DNA of 47,179 bases from Spirochaetales bacterium. Its GTDB lineage: Bacteria > Spirochaetota > Spirochaetia > Sphaerochaetales > Sphaerochaetaceae. The stretch spans positions 1-47,179 of the forward strand of contig JAQYLW010000082.1 of assembly GCA_028719825.1 (NCBI GenBank), given 5' to 3'. The position numbers were made by a program, and so were the translations under genes. The notes beneath the pieces are model-generated. The model did no database searches. It saw only the letters and a list, made by a program, of their open reading frames with translations, and was not told the origin of the DNA. Positions 46,296 through 47,179 of the stretch are shown here, piece after piece; the stretch's first letter is position 1; each line of letters opens with the position of its first letter.

Positions 46296-47141
46296 ATGAA
46301 TTTCATTAAAAAATTGACAATCAGCCTGATGACTGTTTTAGTAACAGTATGTTTGTTATCATGTTCAAAAAAGAACGCTGAAAACAGCGACAGCGTGAAA
46401 TACACTTTTGGAGGCTCATCTACGGTTGCACCGATAGTAAACGAAGCCATAGGATCATATGAAAAGAAAAATCCCGGTGTATCTATTTCGTATGAAACAC
46501 TTGGTTCATCCGTAGGTATTAAGCAACTGGGAGTAGGTACATTGTCCCTTGCAGCTTCAAGCCGTGATTTAAAACAGAGTGAATTAGACAAAGGCTATGT
46601 TCCTCATACAATAGCTCTTGACGGTTTAAGCATTGCTGTTAATAAAGATGTAGATATCAACGACATATCCATGGAAACGCTTGCAAAGATTTTCAGCGGA
46701 GAGATAACCTCCTGGAAAGATATAAACGGCAAGGATGAAAAAATTGAATGTATTATGAGGGATGAAACAAGCGGTACATATAGTTCGTTTAATGAAATAG
46801 TTATGGCACCTTATAAAAAGGAAGTAAAGAGGGATGCTTTGGTTGCACGTGAAAACGGGGAGAGCGCAATAAAAATTGCTTCCACTCCGGGCAGCATAGG
46901 ATATATCGGAATGTCGTTTGGAAAAATTGTTGAAGAATACGGCGGTAAGATTTTATCGGTTGACGTTGTGTTGCCCACAAGTGAAAACGTAAGGAGCAAA
47001 AAATACCCGATAAGCAGAGCGCTGTACCTTGTAACAAACGGCAAGCCCACTGAGGGAATAGAAAAATCTTTCATAGATTATGTGCTGTCTGCTGAAGGTC
47101 AGACAATTGTAGAAAACAACGGATTTATAAGGGTTAATTGA
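46296..47141 (+). CDS. pstS: Phosphate ABC transporter substrate-binding lipoprotein PstS
   Basis: The start is the ATG at 46296 after AAAGGAG. Signal plus lipobox MNFIKKLTISLMTVLVTVCLLSC|SKK. PstS-family motifs FGGSSTVAPIV, GSSVGI, DETSGTY and PISRALYLV. The track ORF's N-terminal 40 codons overlap the regulator promoter/start and are probably spurious. Confidence 0.85.
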   Translation: MNFIKKLTISLMTVLVTVCLLSCSKKNAENSDSVKYTFGGSSTVAPIVNEAIGSYEKKNPGVSISYETLGSSVGIKQLGVGTLSLAASSRDLKQSELDKGYVPHTIALDGLSIAVNKDVDINDISMETLAKIFSGEITSWKDINGKDEKIECIMRDETSGTYSSFNEIVMAPYKKEVKRDALVARENGESAIKIASTPGSIGYIGMSFGKIVEEYGGKILSVDVVLPTSENVRSKKYPISRALYLVTNGKPTEGIEKSFIDYVLSAEGQTIVENNGFIRVN

Positions 47142-47145
47142 TAAT

Positions 47146-47179
47146 ATGTTTAATAAAAGCATTAAAGTTAGAAAATACA
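47146..47179 (+). CDS. Start of the next ORF (possibly pstC), 11 codons only
   Basis: An ATG 5 nt after the pstS stop gives MFNKSIKVRKY... This is too short to identify; the guess is by position only. Confidence 0.2.
   Translation, partial: MFNKSIKVRKY

Noticed and set aside
46205-46591. 128-aa minus-strand ORF antisense to the pstS 5' region
   Set aside because: It overlaps the PstS lipoprotein signal and core motifs and would run through the regulator/pstS promoter region. It has no motif and no RBS.
46841-46856. parS-like 16-mer GGTTGCACGTGAAAAC inside pstS
   Set aside because: It has four mismatches to TGTTTCACGTGAAACA, including loss of symmetry. It is most likely a chance CACGTGAAA match.
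1-47179. CRISPR arrays, IS elements/transposases, rRNA genes, selenocysteine (in-frame TGA) genes, toxin-antitoxin or restriction-modification pairs
   Set aside because: Reading both strands, I saw no regularly spaced direct repeats, no transposase-like ORF and no rRNA-like segments. Apart from the TAA in the methyltransferase, I saw no other gene interrupted by an in-frame stop.

Overview
This is a dense, low-GC chromosomal window of about 47 kb, coding on both strands, that spans a bacterial replication origin. The origin neighbourhood reads, in order: parB (-), a small Nfu-type Fe-S protein, a 548-bp non-coding AT-rich stretch with two parS sites (one a perfect TGTTTCACGTGAAACA), a XerC/D-like tyrosine recombinase, dnaA, a 279-bp DnaA-box-rich intergenic region (putative oriC), dnaN, recF, a DUF721-like ORF, rpmH, rnpA, yidC and jag. 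The left 34 kb is mostly housekeeping and metabolism. It holds a partial NSS transporter, tRNA-Val, two very large tandem lipoproteins, two alMGS-like GT4 glycosyltransferases, ssnA-ygfK, recJ, a recO-like gene, serS, pncB, a PSP1/RicT protein, tatD and dus. It also holds a two-domain NifU, a methyltransferase interrupted by an in-frame TAA, a FecCD-type ABC importer with a THEP1-like NTPase, a [2Fe-2S] ferredoxin plus [FeFe]-hydrogenase operon, a proline-punctuated repeat protein, a MATE pump, a Fur-family regulator, a PTPS/QueD-like protein and a cyclophilin-FKBP fusion PPIase. The right end has a malic enzyme and a Pho-like module (histidine kinase, OmpR-type regulator, pstS preceded by 11-bp direct repeats). 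Lipobox style (..VSC) and the cyclophilin-FKBP fusion suggest a spirochaete (Treponema-like) host, but I cannot verify that without a search. I saw no rRNA, CRISPR array, transposase, prophage block or recognisable defence, secretion or biosynthetic system. I therefore cannot point to a clear novel multi-gene system. The features most worth a second look are listed here. (1) A markedly AT-rich segment of about 7 kb contains the recombinase and the whole dnaA-dnaN-recF module. (2) The parS pair, where the perfect site sits inside a 38-bp palindrome. (3) A repeated CTGTTAAT-type motif is interleaved with the DnaA boxes. (4) An in-frame stop splits a methyltransferase. (5) A C10 homopolymer lies between the Fur-family gene and the PTPS-like gene. 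(6) An unannotated 57-aa basic ORF. (7) The two domain-less giant lipoproteins and the proline-repeat protein.
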